Position numbers and translations under genes: made by a program. Below are positions 36,870-46,278 of a DNA stretch of 64,000 bases, one piece after another (the stretch's first letter is position 1; each line of letters starts with the position of its first letter). Source of the stretch: Patescibacteria group bacterium (GTDB lineage: Bacteria; Patescibacteriota; JABMPQ01; JAHIRA01); NCBI GenBank assembly GCA_018818205.1, contig JAHISJ010000025.1:7343-71342 (forward strand), in the 5' to 3' direction. A model generated the notes under the pieces. It saw only the letters and a list, made by a program, of their open reading frames with translations. It was not told the DNA's origin and did not search any database.

Positions 36870-39800
36870 TTATTTTATTTTTGTCACACCAATGTCAATG
36901 GATATACTATCGACAACAACTTGCTTTTTTATTTCTCCTAGATCATTGCCGTAACCAATGACTTCAGCGAGCGTTTCCCGTTTAATGTAATCTGTATAGC
37001 CTTCAAGCACAGAAAGAAATTGATCACTCTCGGCCTTAAAATTTATCATAATGCGATCACTCACCTCGTACCCTGCTTCTTTTCGCATTTCTTGAATATG
37101 CCTGACGAGTTCCCGTGCAATACCCTCTTCCTCAAGCTCTTTGGTTATTTCTGTATCTACTACCACAATACTATCTCGCTCAGAAGCTACGGCGTATTTG
37201 TCGTCGGTCGATTCATATACCCGTTCATACTCTTCTGGGAGCAAAATTACGTCACCAACTTCAAGTGTTTTATCATTTTTAAGTTCATAATTCTTTTCTT
37301 GAACCGCTTTTTGAATCTCTTTGACTTGGCCACCGTATTTTTTACCCAAAATATTAAACTTAAGTTTTACCGTTTCTTGAAGCACCGATTCAACCGATGA
37401 TCCTTCCTGAATCGATTTAACATTAAGCTCATCTTTTACAATCTCTAAAAGCTCACCTTGCGGTACATCGGTTCCTAAAACAAACACATTTGCGAGCGGC
37501 TGCCTGACTTTGATCTGTTTAGTATCCCGTGCCGCATGACCAAGCGTTACTATTGTTTTTGCGCTGGACATTTCTTCATTGAGCTTTGAATCGATGAAGT
37601 TCCTTTTTGGTTTTGGATACGTCTCAAGATGCACTGACTCTTCTTTACCAAGTAAGCCTTGGTAGAGTTTGTCTGCAATAAATGGCATAAATGGTGCCTC
37701 TAGTTTGGTAAGCTCGAGCAAGCAGTAATGCAACGTTTCATAGGCATCAAGCTTATCTGTATCGTTTTCTGATTTCCAAAATCTACGTCTGGATCGTCTC
37801 ACATACCAGTTAGAAAGATCATCAATAAATTTTTCTAAAGCAGAGCATGCTTCTGTAATGTTGTAGTGTTCTAAGTGCTCGGTCACTTCTGCCTTTACCG
37901 TTTCTAAATGTGAGAGAATCCATCTGTCTAGAATATGCTCTTTTGGTGTAATATCGCTCTTTGGCTCAAAGTTGTCTATCCCCGCATACGTTGCAAAGAA
38001 GGTGTAGAGATTCCATTGTTTGAGCACCACGTTTTTGACCACTTCTTCCACGCCTTTTGGATCAAATCGTTTAGGCTCACCCGGTGCGTTAATCGTATAC
38101 AGATACCAACGCAAGGCATCGACGCCATACTGATTAATAATCACCCATGGATCAATGACATTGCCTTTGGACTTACTCATTTTCTTGCCGTTCTTGTCGT
38201 TAATGTGTCCGAGACAAATAACGTTTTTGTAGCTCGTACCTTTCCCAAGAACGGTAGACACGGCAAGAAGCGTATAAAACCATCCACGCGTCTGGTCAAT
38301 GGCTTCTGAGATATAATCCGCAGGATACTCAGCGCCATTATCTACTAACTCTTTATTTTCAAACGGATAATGATGCTGCGCAAGCGGCATAGAGCCAGAG
38401 TCAAACCAGCAATCAAGCACCGACGTTTCTCTGACCATTTCTCCTCCACACTCACACGTAAGTTTAATCTCATCCACATACGGTCTGTGCACATCAAATG
38501 ATTCTAAATCGATTTTTTCTTGTGACTTTTCACTGAGCTCATCATACCCACCAACACACGTTGTTTTTTTACAGTCAACACACTTCCATATTGGAAGCGG
38601 CGTTCCCCAATACCGTTCACGGGAAAGCGCCCAGTCTTTTACATTTTCAAGCCACTTCCCAAACCGACCATGCTTAATATGCTCTGGAATCCAGTTGATT
38701 TGTTCGTTGTTTTTTAAGAGCTCATCTTTTACCGCACTCGTTTTTATAAACCAAGAAGCTTTGGCATAATACAAAAGTGGCGTGTCGCACCGCCAACAAA
38801 AGGGGTAGCTATGCGTATAATTTTCTTTTTTTAGAAGAAGCCCTTTTTCTTTAAGATGGTTTGCTATATCTTTCTCCGCGTCTTTAACAAACATCCCTGT
38901 AAATTCTTTCACCCGTTCATTAAAGTTACCGTTTTCATCAACAGTATGTACTTTAGGGAGCCCTTTTTCTTCTCCAAGCCTGTAGTCATCATCACCATAC
39001 ATAACCGCCGTGTGTACTACTCCGGAACCGTCGTCCGTGGTGACAAAATCTGCGGTGGTAACATAGTGGACTTTTTCCTTTACGTCTGTTAACGAATCAA
39101 AAAGCGGCTCGTAGTCTATTCCTTCCAAATCGCTTCCTTTCATTTCCTCTATAACCTCAAAGTCATCATCAAGAATGTCTAGGCGTGACTTAGCAAGGAT
39201 ATACGTTTCATCGCCTTTTTTTGCCTTTACGTAATCTAGGTCTGCACCTACTGCAAGCGCAACGTTTCCCGGCAAAGTCCACGGTGTTGTTGTCCAAGAG
39301 AGTATATAGGTATCATCCTCATCCTTCACCTTAAATTTCACATATACCGATGGTTCGGTGACATCCTTGTATCCTTGTGCCACCTCGTGTGATGAAAGCG
39401 CCGTACCACAACGTGGACAGTGGGGAACCACTTTATGGCCTTCGTAGAGCAATCCTTTGTCATAAATTTGTTTGATAATCCACCAGAGTGACTCAATATA
39501 CTCATTGCTGTAGGTAACATATGGATTTTCCAGATCAAGCCAAAACGCAATACGCTTGGTTAGCTTTTCCCACTCATCTTTATACTCCCAAACGCTTTTT
39601 TTACACTCGGTGTTAAACTCCTCTATACCATACTTCTCAATTTCCGGTTTTCCAGAAATCTTTAATCTCTTTTCTACTTCCAGCTCAACTGGCAAGCCAT
39701 GCGTATCCCAGCCCGCTTTGCGAGAAACGTAGAAACCCTGCATGGTTTTAAACCGAGGAATAATATCTTTAAACGCACGCGCCAAAACATGGTGAATACC

Positions 39801-39974
39801 GGGTTTTCCGTTTGCCGTTGGAGGGCCTTCATAAAAAACAAACGAGTCACTCCCTTTTGTTTTGTCTAACGTTTTTTTAAAGATTGATTTTTGATCCCAA
39901 AAGGTAAGGATTTCTTCTTCCATTTTAGGAAACTGTATGTGCTGATCCGGTTTTTCAAACGATTTTTTTGTCAT
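36870..39974 (-). CDS. ileS: Isoleucine--tRNA ligase, type 2
   Basis: EGPPTANGKPGIHH, GWDTHGLPVE, WTTTPWTLPGN, DWALSRERYWGTP, DQTRGWFY, KMSKS. Confidence 0.97.
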   Translation of the reverse strand: MTKKSFEKPDQHIQFPKMEEEILTFWDQKSIFKKTLDKTKGSDSFVFYEGPPTANGKPGIHHVLARAFKDIIPRFKTMQGFYVSRKAGWDTHGLPVELEVEKRLKISGKPEIEKYGIEEFNTECKKSVWEYKDEWEKLTKRIAFWLDLENPYVTYSNEYIESLWWIIKQIYDKGLLYEGHKVVPHCPRCGTALSSHEVAQGYKDVTEPSVYVKFKVKDEDDTYILSWTTTPWTLPGNVALAVGADLDYVKAKKGDETYILAKSRLDILDDDFEVIEEMKGSDLEGIDYEPLFDSLTDVKEKVHYVTTADFVTTDDGSGVVHTAVMYGDDDYRLGEEKGLPKVHTVDENGNFNERVKEFTGMFVKDAEKDIANHLKEKGLLLKKENYTHSYPFCWRCDTPLLYYAKASWFIKTSAVKDELLKNNEQINWIPEHIKHGRFGKWLENVKDWALSRERYWGTPLPIWKCVDCKKTTCVGGYDELSEKSQEKIDLESFDVHRPYVDEIKLTCECGGEMVRETSVLDCWFDSGSMPLAQHHYPFENKELVDNGAEYPADYISEAIDQTRGWFYTLLAVSTVLGKGTSYKNVICLGHINDKNGKKMSKSKGNVIDPWVIINQYGVDALRWYLYTINAPGEPKRFDPKGVEEVVKNVVLKQWNLYTFFATYAGIDNFEPKSDITPKEHILDRWILSHLETVKAEVTEHLEHYNITEACSALEKFIDDLSNWYVRRSRRRFWKSENDTDKLDAYETLHYCLLELTKLEAPFMPFIADKLYQGLLGKEESVHLETYPKPKRNFIDSKLNEEMSSAKTIVTLGHAARDTKQIKVRQPLANVFVLGTDVPQGELLEIVKDELNVKSIQEGSSVESVLQETVKLKFNILGKKYGGQVKEIQKAVQEKNYELKNDKTLEVGDVILLPEEYERVYESTDDKYAVASERDSIVVVDTEITKELEEEGIARELVRHIQEMRKEAGYEVSDRIMINFKAESDQFLSVLEGYTDYIKRETLAEVIGYGNDLGEIKKQVVVDSISIDIGVTKIK

Positions 39975-40192
39975 ACCTTTAAAATGCAAAATTAACGTGT
40001 TACACTAACTGGTAGCTTACAGTCTATTCTAAAAAAATATAGGCAAAAAAGCAATGAGTACTTTGAACTTGGAGGACTTTGGAAAGAATACCACACCCAC
40101 AAAACCATTGACGGGTATACATGTAAATGCTTATATGAAAGTTGCACCTTTTTACTATTGAACAATCTTTTTGTTCACATATAGGAGATCTC

Positions 40193-40531
40193 ATGGAGAA
40201 GCAACAGCGCACCCAACAAAAACGCATTCGAGTTAATCGCTCAAAGAAAAGTAGAGGAAGAAGAAAAGGAGCCTCATCATCTGAGAAGCAAAGCAGTGAT
40301 GCCGACTTAACAATTACTTGGAGAAGTTACAAATTACCAACAATAATTGAGGGGAAAAATATTACCGTCAAATTACAAATGGGAGGCACTCAGTTTAGGC
40401 TTGAGTGCAACACTTGTAATCAAATGAGTTTTGTGCCATTTCAAAACAAAAAGTGGATTTTTGATGATGGAACATTAGAATGCCCCAAATGCGGGAAGAC
40501 TTCGGTAAACCTGTTTGCAGCAAGCAAATAG
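40193..40531 (+). CDS. Hypothetical zinc-ribbon protein with basic N-terminus
   Basis: AGGAG RBS; CNTC and CPKC pairs; Arg/Lys-rich N-terminus. Confidence 0.65.
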   Translation: MEKQQRTQQKRIRVNRSKKSRGRRKGASSSEKQSSDADLTITWRSYKLPTIIEGKNITVKLQMGGTQFRLECNTCNQMSFVPFQNKKWIFDDGTLECPKCGKTSVNLFAASK

Positions 40532-40541
40532 GTTTTTTTGA

Positions 40542-40952
40542 TTACTCAGCTTTTATTAGGTTTCCCTTTTCGTCAAGCTCTACAAAATGCTGTGCCTGAC
40601 CTTCTCTATAAGCAGCACATTGATTTCCTGGTTTATCATCTACTGCTTGTCTGGGGTTATGTCCAATGTCAAGTACCCATCCATCAATCAAATCATTGGA
40701 AAGGCACGGGCCATCAGCCATATTAACACCTTCCGCTTTTTTTCTTAAAAATACTTCTTTAGCTTTAAGTATTGCTAGATCACGCTCGGTCTCCCCTTTT
40801 TTCTCTTCTATTTCATCTAGCTTTTCCCCAGCCTCTTTTGATGTCTCTTGTACTTGATCTGCTGCTTCCTGTGCGGAATCAATGCCTTTGGTAAGCGACG
40901 AGCAGCCTGCCAGTACTAAGCCAAAAATAAGAAGGATTATAATCTTCTTCAT
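40542..40952 (-). CDS. Putative lipoprotein
   Basis: MKK + hydrophobic + LAG/C lipobox; GPCLSN..W.LDI.HNPR..D..NQC..HFVELD domain. Confidence 0.8.
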   Translation of the reverse strand: MKKIIILLIFGLVLAGCSSLTKGIDSAQEAADQVQETSKEAGEKLDEIEEKKGETERDLAILKAKEVFLRKKAEGVNMADGPCLSNDLIDGWVLDIGHNPRQAVDDKPGNQCAAYREGQAQHFVELDEKGNLIKAE

Positions 40953-40962
40953 ATACTTTTTG

Positions 40963-42075
40963 TTATGTTATTAAATGCTTATAAATAGCTAGTATCCTCT
41001 CTATTGTTTTTTTACTCTCAAAACGTTTAACGTTTTCATAGCCTTTTTGTATCAACTCATCTCTCAAAGTAGTATCAGTCAGTACCTTTTTAATGCTATC
41101 TCGTATCTCTCCCACATCAAGCGGGTTGCACGGTACTGCGCTACCATGAGCTATTTCAGGCATTGACGATACATCTGAGGTAACTACCGGCACTCCTGCA
41201 CGCTGAGACTCAATGATAGGTAGTCCAAATCCTTCATACAGCGATGGATACACGAGCAATAACGAGTGTATTAAAAACTCACGTTTTTCCCGCTCATTAA
41301 TATCATCATAAAACAGAACTTCTTTTTTTACTAACTCTTCCTTTGAAAAATCTTTAAATACTGCATCTGTGTTCCAGCCCTCACGCCCAATAATGCACAG
41401 TGAATAATCAGAAAATGTAGGGTCTTTTTTTAATTCAAGAAACGAAGCAAAGATAGTGTTTAAATTTTTTCTAGGTTCCAAAGTTCCAATAAACAACAAA
41501 TATGGATTTTCAGGAGGATTGGTACGCGCTGCTTGATCCTCACATATTCGCTCATCTGGTAACATATTATAGACGACAGATATCTTCTTTGATCGAACAT
41601 GAAACTCAGAAATGATATCATTTTTTGTCGACTCTGATACTGCAAGAATATGCGATGCTTTTTTAAGCGAGCGAGGAACAAGCACTTTTTTTGAAAACCA
41701 CTGACCGGAAGGGAACCACTCAGGATGTACATAGATTGCCAAATCGTGCACAGTCACTACTGATTTTCCACTATAAAAAAAGGGTACTGATGTAATTGGT
41801 GAGTGAAACAGATCAAGGTTTTCTTTTTTTAGTATGTTTGAAAAAGTGACGTGCCTATCCCAAAAAGGTATTTTTTCTTTAGGGATCTTAATAATACGTA
41901 CATTATTTCTTTTGAACAACTCAAAGCTTTTGTACGCTTCCGGCAAAAAAAGAACAAACTCAAACGTGTCTTGTTTTATGAGCTCAAAAACAAGTGTAAA
42001 CGTGTGACGCGCAACACCGCCACCCTTTTCATCTTTTGGATCCAGGATTTCTCTGGCATCTATGCCTATCTTCAT
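40963..42075 (-). CDS. Glycosyltransferase family 4
   Basis: MKIGIDAR, TVHDL, GTLEPRKN, YPSLYEGFGLPIIE. Confidence 0.95.
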   Translation of the reverse strand: MKIGIDAREILDPKDEKGGGVARHTFTLVFELIKQDTFEFVLFLPEAYKSFELFKRNNVRIIKIPKEKIPFWDRHVTFSNILKKENLDLFHSPITSVPFFYSGKSVVTVHDLAIYVHPEWFPSGQWFSKKVLVPRSLKKASHILAVSESTKNDIISEFHVRSKKISVVYNMLPDERICEDQAARTNPPENPYLLFIGTLEPRKNLNTIFASFLELKKDPTFSDYSLCIIGREGWNTDAVFKDFSKEELVKKEVLFYDDINEREKREFLIHSLLLVYPSLYEGFGLPIIESQRAGVPVVTSDVSSMPEIAHGSAVPCNPLDVGEIRDSIKKVLTDTTLRDELIQKGYENVKRFESKKTIERILAIYKHLIT

Positions 42076-42761
42076 TGTTCTTTGTAACTTGAATAAAATT
42101 CCTTGTCATCTGCAAAAACACACTGAACGATAAATGAAGTTTTGTCGCTTTGCAACTCATTGCACAGTTTTCCAAATTCATCTTTAGAAACACTCAGCTC
42201 TTTTGCAACATCCGTGTTATGATGCGTTTTTTTAAACTGAAAAACACGCCATTTAAAAATCCATTTTGGAAGCACAGTAATAATCGGTTTAATGTCACTA
42301 CTATTTTTAGCAGTAACCACAGTTGAGACAACAACACGAACCCCAGAATCTTTTACTAACTCAAGCGCTTTTTTTGCATACGCCAAATGATTGTCTCCAC
42401 GAAACATGCCATTTACCTCTTCTGTTGCGCCGTCGATTGGAATATTTATTTGGTCTAAATAGTTACAAAGCTTTTGAAAAATATTTTTGTTCAAAAGGAT
42501 TCCGTTTGTATGAAGGATAGTTTGAAGGCCATTTTTCTTTGCAAGTTCAACAAGTTGAACCGTATCATCTCTTAAGAGTGGCTCTCCGCCCGAAAATATA
42601 ATAGTGTTATACCCTTTCTCCCTTGCTGATTGAATATCTTCTTTTAGTTCCTGAAATGTGGGATCTTTTTTTGTTTTATCTTCTGGACCAAAACAGTACG
42701 TGCAGGATAAATTACACCGATTAGTTACATTGAGTAGCAAAATTGCGGGCTGTGTGATCAT
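42072..42761 (-). CDS. Radical SAM protein (viperin-like motif pattern)
   Basis: CNLSCTYC, FSGGEP, HTNG, STVV, WRVFQF; likely start at ATG 42761. Confidence 0.85.
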   Translation of the reverse strand: MITQPAILLLNVTNRCNLSCTYCFGPEDKTKKDPTFQELKEDIQSAREKGYNTIIFSGGEPLLRDDTVQLVELAKKNGLQTILHTNGILLNKNIFQKLCNYLDQINIPIDGATEEVNGMFRGDNHLAYAKKALELVKDSGVRVVVSTVVTAKNSSDIKPIITVLPKWIFKWRVFQFKKTHHNTDVAKELSVSKDEFGKLCNELQSDKTSFIVQCVFADDKEFYSSYKEQ

Positions 42762-42765
42762 TATT

Positions 42766-44442
42766 CTACATCTTCTCTGGAGCAGAAACTCCAAGAAGGG
42801 TTAACGTGTTCTCTAATGTCGTTTTTATTGCCTTCACCAGCTCAAGTCTTGCCGATGATACCGCCGTGTCCTCTGAAATAACGCGGTAGTGATGATAAAA
42901 ATTATGAAACGCTTTTGCAAGTTCAACGGCAAAGTGGGTCAGCAAATGGACCTCGTAGTTCCGTGCAATAGCGTGAACAAGATCGTGAAATTTAATGAGA
43001 AGCGGCACAATAGTTAGCTCTTCATCGGTTAAAATAGAAAGGTCCACAGGAGAGTTTATGACATCCTCCGGGGCTTTTCTGATAATCGAGCTCATGCGTG
43101 CATGAGCATACTGCACATAATAAACCGGGTTTCTCTCGCTAGTATCGAGTGCTAAATCCAAATCAAAAACAACCGGGCTGTTAACGTCATACATAAGCGA
43201 GAAGTAGCGTAAGACATCAAGGGGGACCGTCTCAAGCACATCATTCATAAGCACATATACGCCCTTTCTCTTTGACATGCGTACTTCTTTCCCTTCCTGT
43301 TCCATTTTCATAAGAGAAATAAGAAGTATGTCGAGCTTAGCATCGTCTATGCCTAAAAAGTGAACACCTGCTTTAAGCCGTGCAACATCTCCATGATGAT
43401 CTGCACCCCATACATTAATCACCTTATCAAATTTTCTTTTTTCAAATTTGTCACTATGATACGCAATATCTCCCATAACATACGTTGGCGCACCATTTTC
43501 CCGTATAAGAACTCTGTCTTTATCGTCATTGTACGTTGATGAAGCAAGCCACCATGCACCATCTTTTTCATACACGTTACCGGATTTTTTTAACCGATCA
43601 AGGGCCGTATCTATCGCACCCGAGTCAAGTAAGTCTTTCTCATGAATCCATGTGTTAAATGTAATACCCATTTTGGAAACGGTTTCCTTTGCAGAAGCAA
43701 TATTCATTGCGAGCGCTTTTGTCGTTACTTCCTCTAAACTTAATCCTGCGCTCTCCTTATGCAATTCATGTGCGATTTCTTCAATATACCCACCTTTATA
43801 CCCATCTTCAGGAAACGGGAATTCTTCACCCGACATATCTTTGTAATAATGATACACGGACCCACCAAGTTTTGTTACTTGATTGCCGGAATCATTGATG
43901 TAATACTCTCTATCTACATCAAAGCCTACTTTCTCAAAAACACTAGAAAGCGTATCACCAGTAAAGCCACCTCTAGCATTGGGGAAGGTAAGGGGGCCCG
44001 TGGGATTTGCTGAGATAAATTCTACTTGGACTTTGGTGCCCTTTCCTATGTCACTCCCCCCAAAACGTGCACCTTCAGCAATAATAGTTCTCACGACATC
44101 CTCAAGTACATAGTTTGCAATAAAAAAGTTTATAAACCCCGGTTTCACAAAATCAACACGCTTAAAATACTCATCTTCTGATAGAATATTGGCGAGCTTT
44201 TCACCAATCTCTATGGGGCTTTTTTTTGCACTCTTTGCAAGAGAAAACGCAATGTTTGTTGCAAAATGCCCGTGTGAACTGTCTTCTGGTTGTTCTATAT
44301 GAATAGGATCAGCATAGTCTATCTTTAATGAAGATAAAACACTCTTGATTTTGGCACGTATCTCTCCTTGGACAAACAAACTATCGGTTCTTTTGTATAT
44401 TTTAGAAAGCGGATTCTCTTTCTCGTTATTCTTTTTTGCCAT
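42766..44442 (-). CDS. argS: Arginine--tRNA ligase
   Basis: HGHFATN, EFISANPTGPL, EYYINDSG, WGADHHG, MSKRKG, YVQYAHAR. Confidence 0.97.
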   Translation of the reverse strand: MAKKNNEKENPLSKIYKRTDSLFVQGEIRAKIKSVLSSLKIDYADPIHIEQPEDSSHGHFATNIAFSLAKSAKKSPIEIGEKLANILSEDEYFKRVDFVKPGFINFFIANYVLEDVVRTIIAEGARFGGSDIGKGTKVQVEFISANPTGPLTFPNARGGFTGDTLSSVFEKVGFDVDREYYINDSGNQVTKLGGSVYHYYKDMSGEEFPFPEDGYKGGYIEEIAHELHKESAGLSLEEVTTKALAMNIASAKETVSKMGITFNTWIHEKDLLDSGAIDTALDRLKKSGNVYEKDGAWWLASSTYNDDKDRVLIRENGAPTYVMGDIAYHSDKFEKRKFDKVINVWGADHHGDVARLKAGVHFLGIDDAKLDILLISLMKMEQEGKEVRMSKRKGVYVLMNDVLETVPLDVLRYFSLMYDVNSPVVFDLDLALDTSERNPVYYVQYAHARMSSIIRKAPEDVINSPVDLSILTDEELTIVPLLIKFHDLVHAIARNYEVHLLTHFAVELAKAFHNFYHHYRVISEDTAVSSARLELVKAIKTTLENTLTLLGVSAPEKM

Positions 44443-44806
44443 CGCGTTTTGTTACTTTGAATCGATTCTTATTAATCTCCATTTTTTCTTGTAGCGTCTT
44501 TGCTAAATCAATATTGAGTGACCGCGCGCATATTAAGCAATAGATAACTACATCGACTAATTCATAGTCAATTTGCTTGTCACGATTTTTAGCATCCTTA
44601 AGCTCTTCTGCCTCGTCAGTAGAAATCCACTGGAAATGTTCTTGAAGCTCTGAGGCTTCCACAGAAATTGCCGATGCAAGATTCTTTGGATTCATTCCAG
44701 CCCCTTTGTGCCATCCGCGTTTTTTATTAAATTCATACAAAAATGTTTGAACGTCACTAAGCGTAGTTTTATCGTCGCTAAATGTAGTTTCTTTTTTATC
44801 TGACAT
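44426..44806 (-). CDS. MazG-like (dCTP pyrophosphatase-like) nucleotide pyrophosphohydrolase
   Basis: F...RGW, PKNLA..ISVEASELQEHFQW, ELVDV, KMEINKNRF. Confidence 0.88.
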   Translation of the reverse strand: MSDKKETTFSDDKTTLSDVQTFLYEFNKKRGWHKGAGMNPKNLASAISVEASELQEHFQWISTDEAEELKDAKNRDKQIDYELVDVVIYCLICARSLNIDLAKTLQEKMEINKNRFKVTKRDGKKE

Positions 44807-45391
44807 TTACTCGATATTAGCATGTTGACGCTTCATTTCTGATTCAGTTGTACCCATAATTTTCATAAGTTCTGCAATGACCGAATCACAGAAAATAAGA
44901 CTAGAGAGTTCAAAGACAGTACCAAGCGGTGTCAGTGTTGCGGTTGCACCTGAGAGTTGATTTGCCGTATAATCCCTATCCTTCTTTTCTTTTCTTACAA
45001 CAGTCTGAATCTTTACAAACACTCCTGCTCCTTTTGCAACTGTTGATTCTTCTTGACCGGTTATGGCAATGACTCGTGCCTTATGCTCTCGTGCGGTAAT
45101 AATACTCGATACCACTGATGCTGTTTCTCCTGATCCAGAAATGGCAACCAATAAATCGCCCGGCCTGAGTGATGGGGTAACGGTGTCACCAACAACATAC
45201 ACAGAAAACCCAAGATGCATAAGTCGCATGGCAAACGCGCGTGCTACTAACCCGCTTCTCCCCGCACCGATCACAAAAATTGTTCGGCTCTTTACAATCT
45301 CATCTACAAATGTATCTACCTGCTCCTCATCAAGATCATTGATGATAGAGGCCACTTTGTTAATGATTTCTTTGCCGGTTTTCTTGATCAT
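44807..45391 (-). CDS. hxlB: 6-phospho-3-hexuloisomerase
   Basis: GAGRSGLVARAFAMRLMHLG, ISGSGET, PLGTVFE, HANIE. Confidence 0.95.
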   Translation of the reverse strand: MIKKTGKEIINKVASIINDLDEEQVDTFVDEIVKSRTIFVIGAGRSGLVARAFAMRLMHLGFSVYVVGDTVTPSLRPGDLLVAISGSGETASVVSSIITAREHKARVIAITGQEESTVAKGAGVFVKIQTVVRKEKKDRDYTANQLSGATATLTPLGTVFELSSLIFCDSVIAELMKIMGTTESEMKRQHANIE

Positions 45392-45395
45392 CGAC

Positions 45396-46031
45396 TTAAT
45401 AATCCTTAATAATATTTTTTATACTTCGTGCGACTCTCTGTGGATCATCAGCAGAAGTAATCGCACCGCCTACAATGACAATATCTACGTCCTCTACCTC
45501 GCACACCCGTTTAGCAATATCCTCATTAATACCTCCGGCAATAATCATAGGGATGTGAGACACTTTTGCAATTGAAATGACTTTTTTAAGAGGATCTTTC
45601 CCTGCCTTTTGCTCGTCTATTCCAGTGTGAACCAAAATATAGTCTGGCTTTAAAGGAATGAGTTCCTTTACTTTACGCTTTACATCATCGACACCGATTA
45701 AGTCAACGGCGACTTTTATAGTACCAAGCTCCCATGCTTTTTTGATCCCACTCTCAATAGTCTCAAGTGGACAGGCGCCTAGAATAGTCATAATATCTGC
45801 ACCAGCTTTTGCTGCCATTTCTACCTCTAAATCACCAACATCTGCAGTCTTCATGTCGGCAACGATCATTTTATCTGGAAACTCTTTCTTAAGTCTTGTA
45901 ATAACGGAGAGTCCTTCTGCTTTAATAAGTGGTGTACCGGCTTCCACAAAATCCACGGCGTCAGCGGTTTTTTTTGCAACGGCCAATGCATCATCGTAAT
46001 TGGTGAAATCAAGTGCAAGTTGGAGATTCAT
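45396..46031 (-). CDS. hxlA: 3-hexulose-6-phosphate synthase
   Basis: LQLALD, EAGTPLIKAEG, ADMKTAD, HTGIDEQ, AGGI, VGGAIT. Confidence 0.94.
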   Translation of the reverse strand: MNLQLALDFTNYDDALAVAKKTADAVDFVEAGTPLIKAEGLSVITRLKKEFPDKMIVADMKTADVGDLEVEMAAKAGADIMTILGACPLETIESGIKKAWELGTIKVAVDLIGVDDVKRKVKELIPLKPDYILVHTGIDEQKAGKDPLKKVISIAKVSHIPMIIAGGINEDIAKRVCEVEDVDIVIVGGAITSADDPQRVARSIKNIIKDY

Positions 46032-46278
46032 TGTTTTATTGTGATTTAGTGCTTTTCTAATGCTTAATTATAGCAGTTTTTTGCTTCTTAGTAAATGTAA
46101 AAAGGTGACCTCCATTTTTTGGCAGGATTCTAATATAAAATGCAATTCAATAAAAAAGTGAGATCGTAGCTTGGCAAAAATCTCACTACTAATAAAAAGT
46201 AGAGGCAGAATCCTACAGAAAAAGTAGTCTAGCCTTCCTTAGTACTTTTTTTGATAATACTTTTACAGTGCTAAGACT

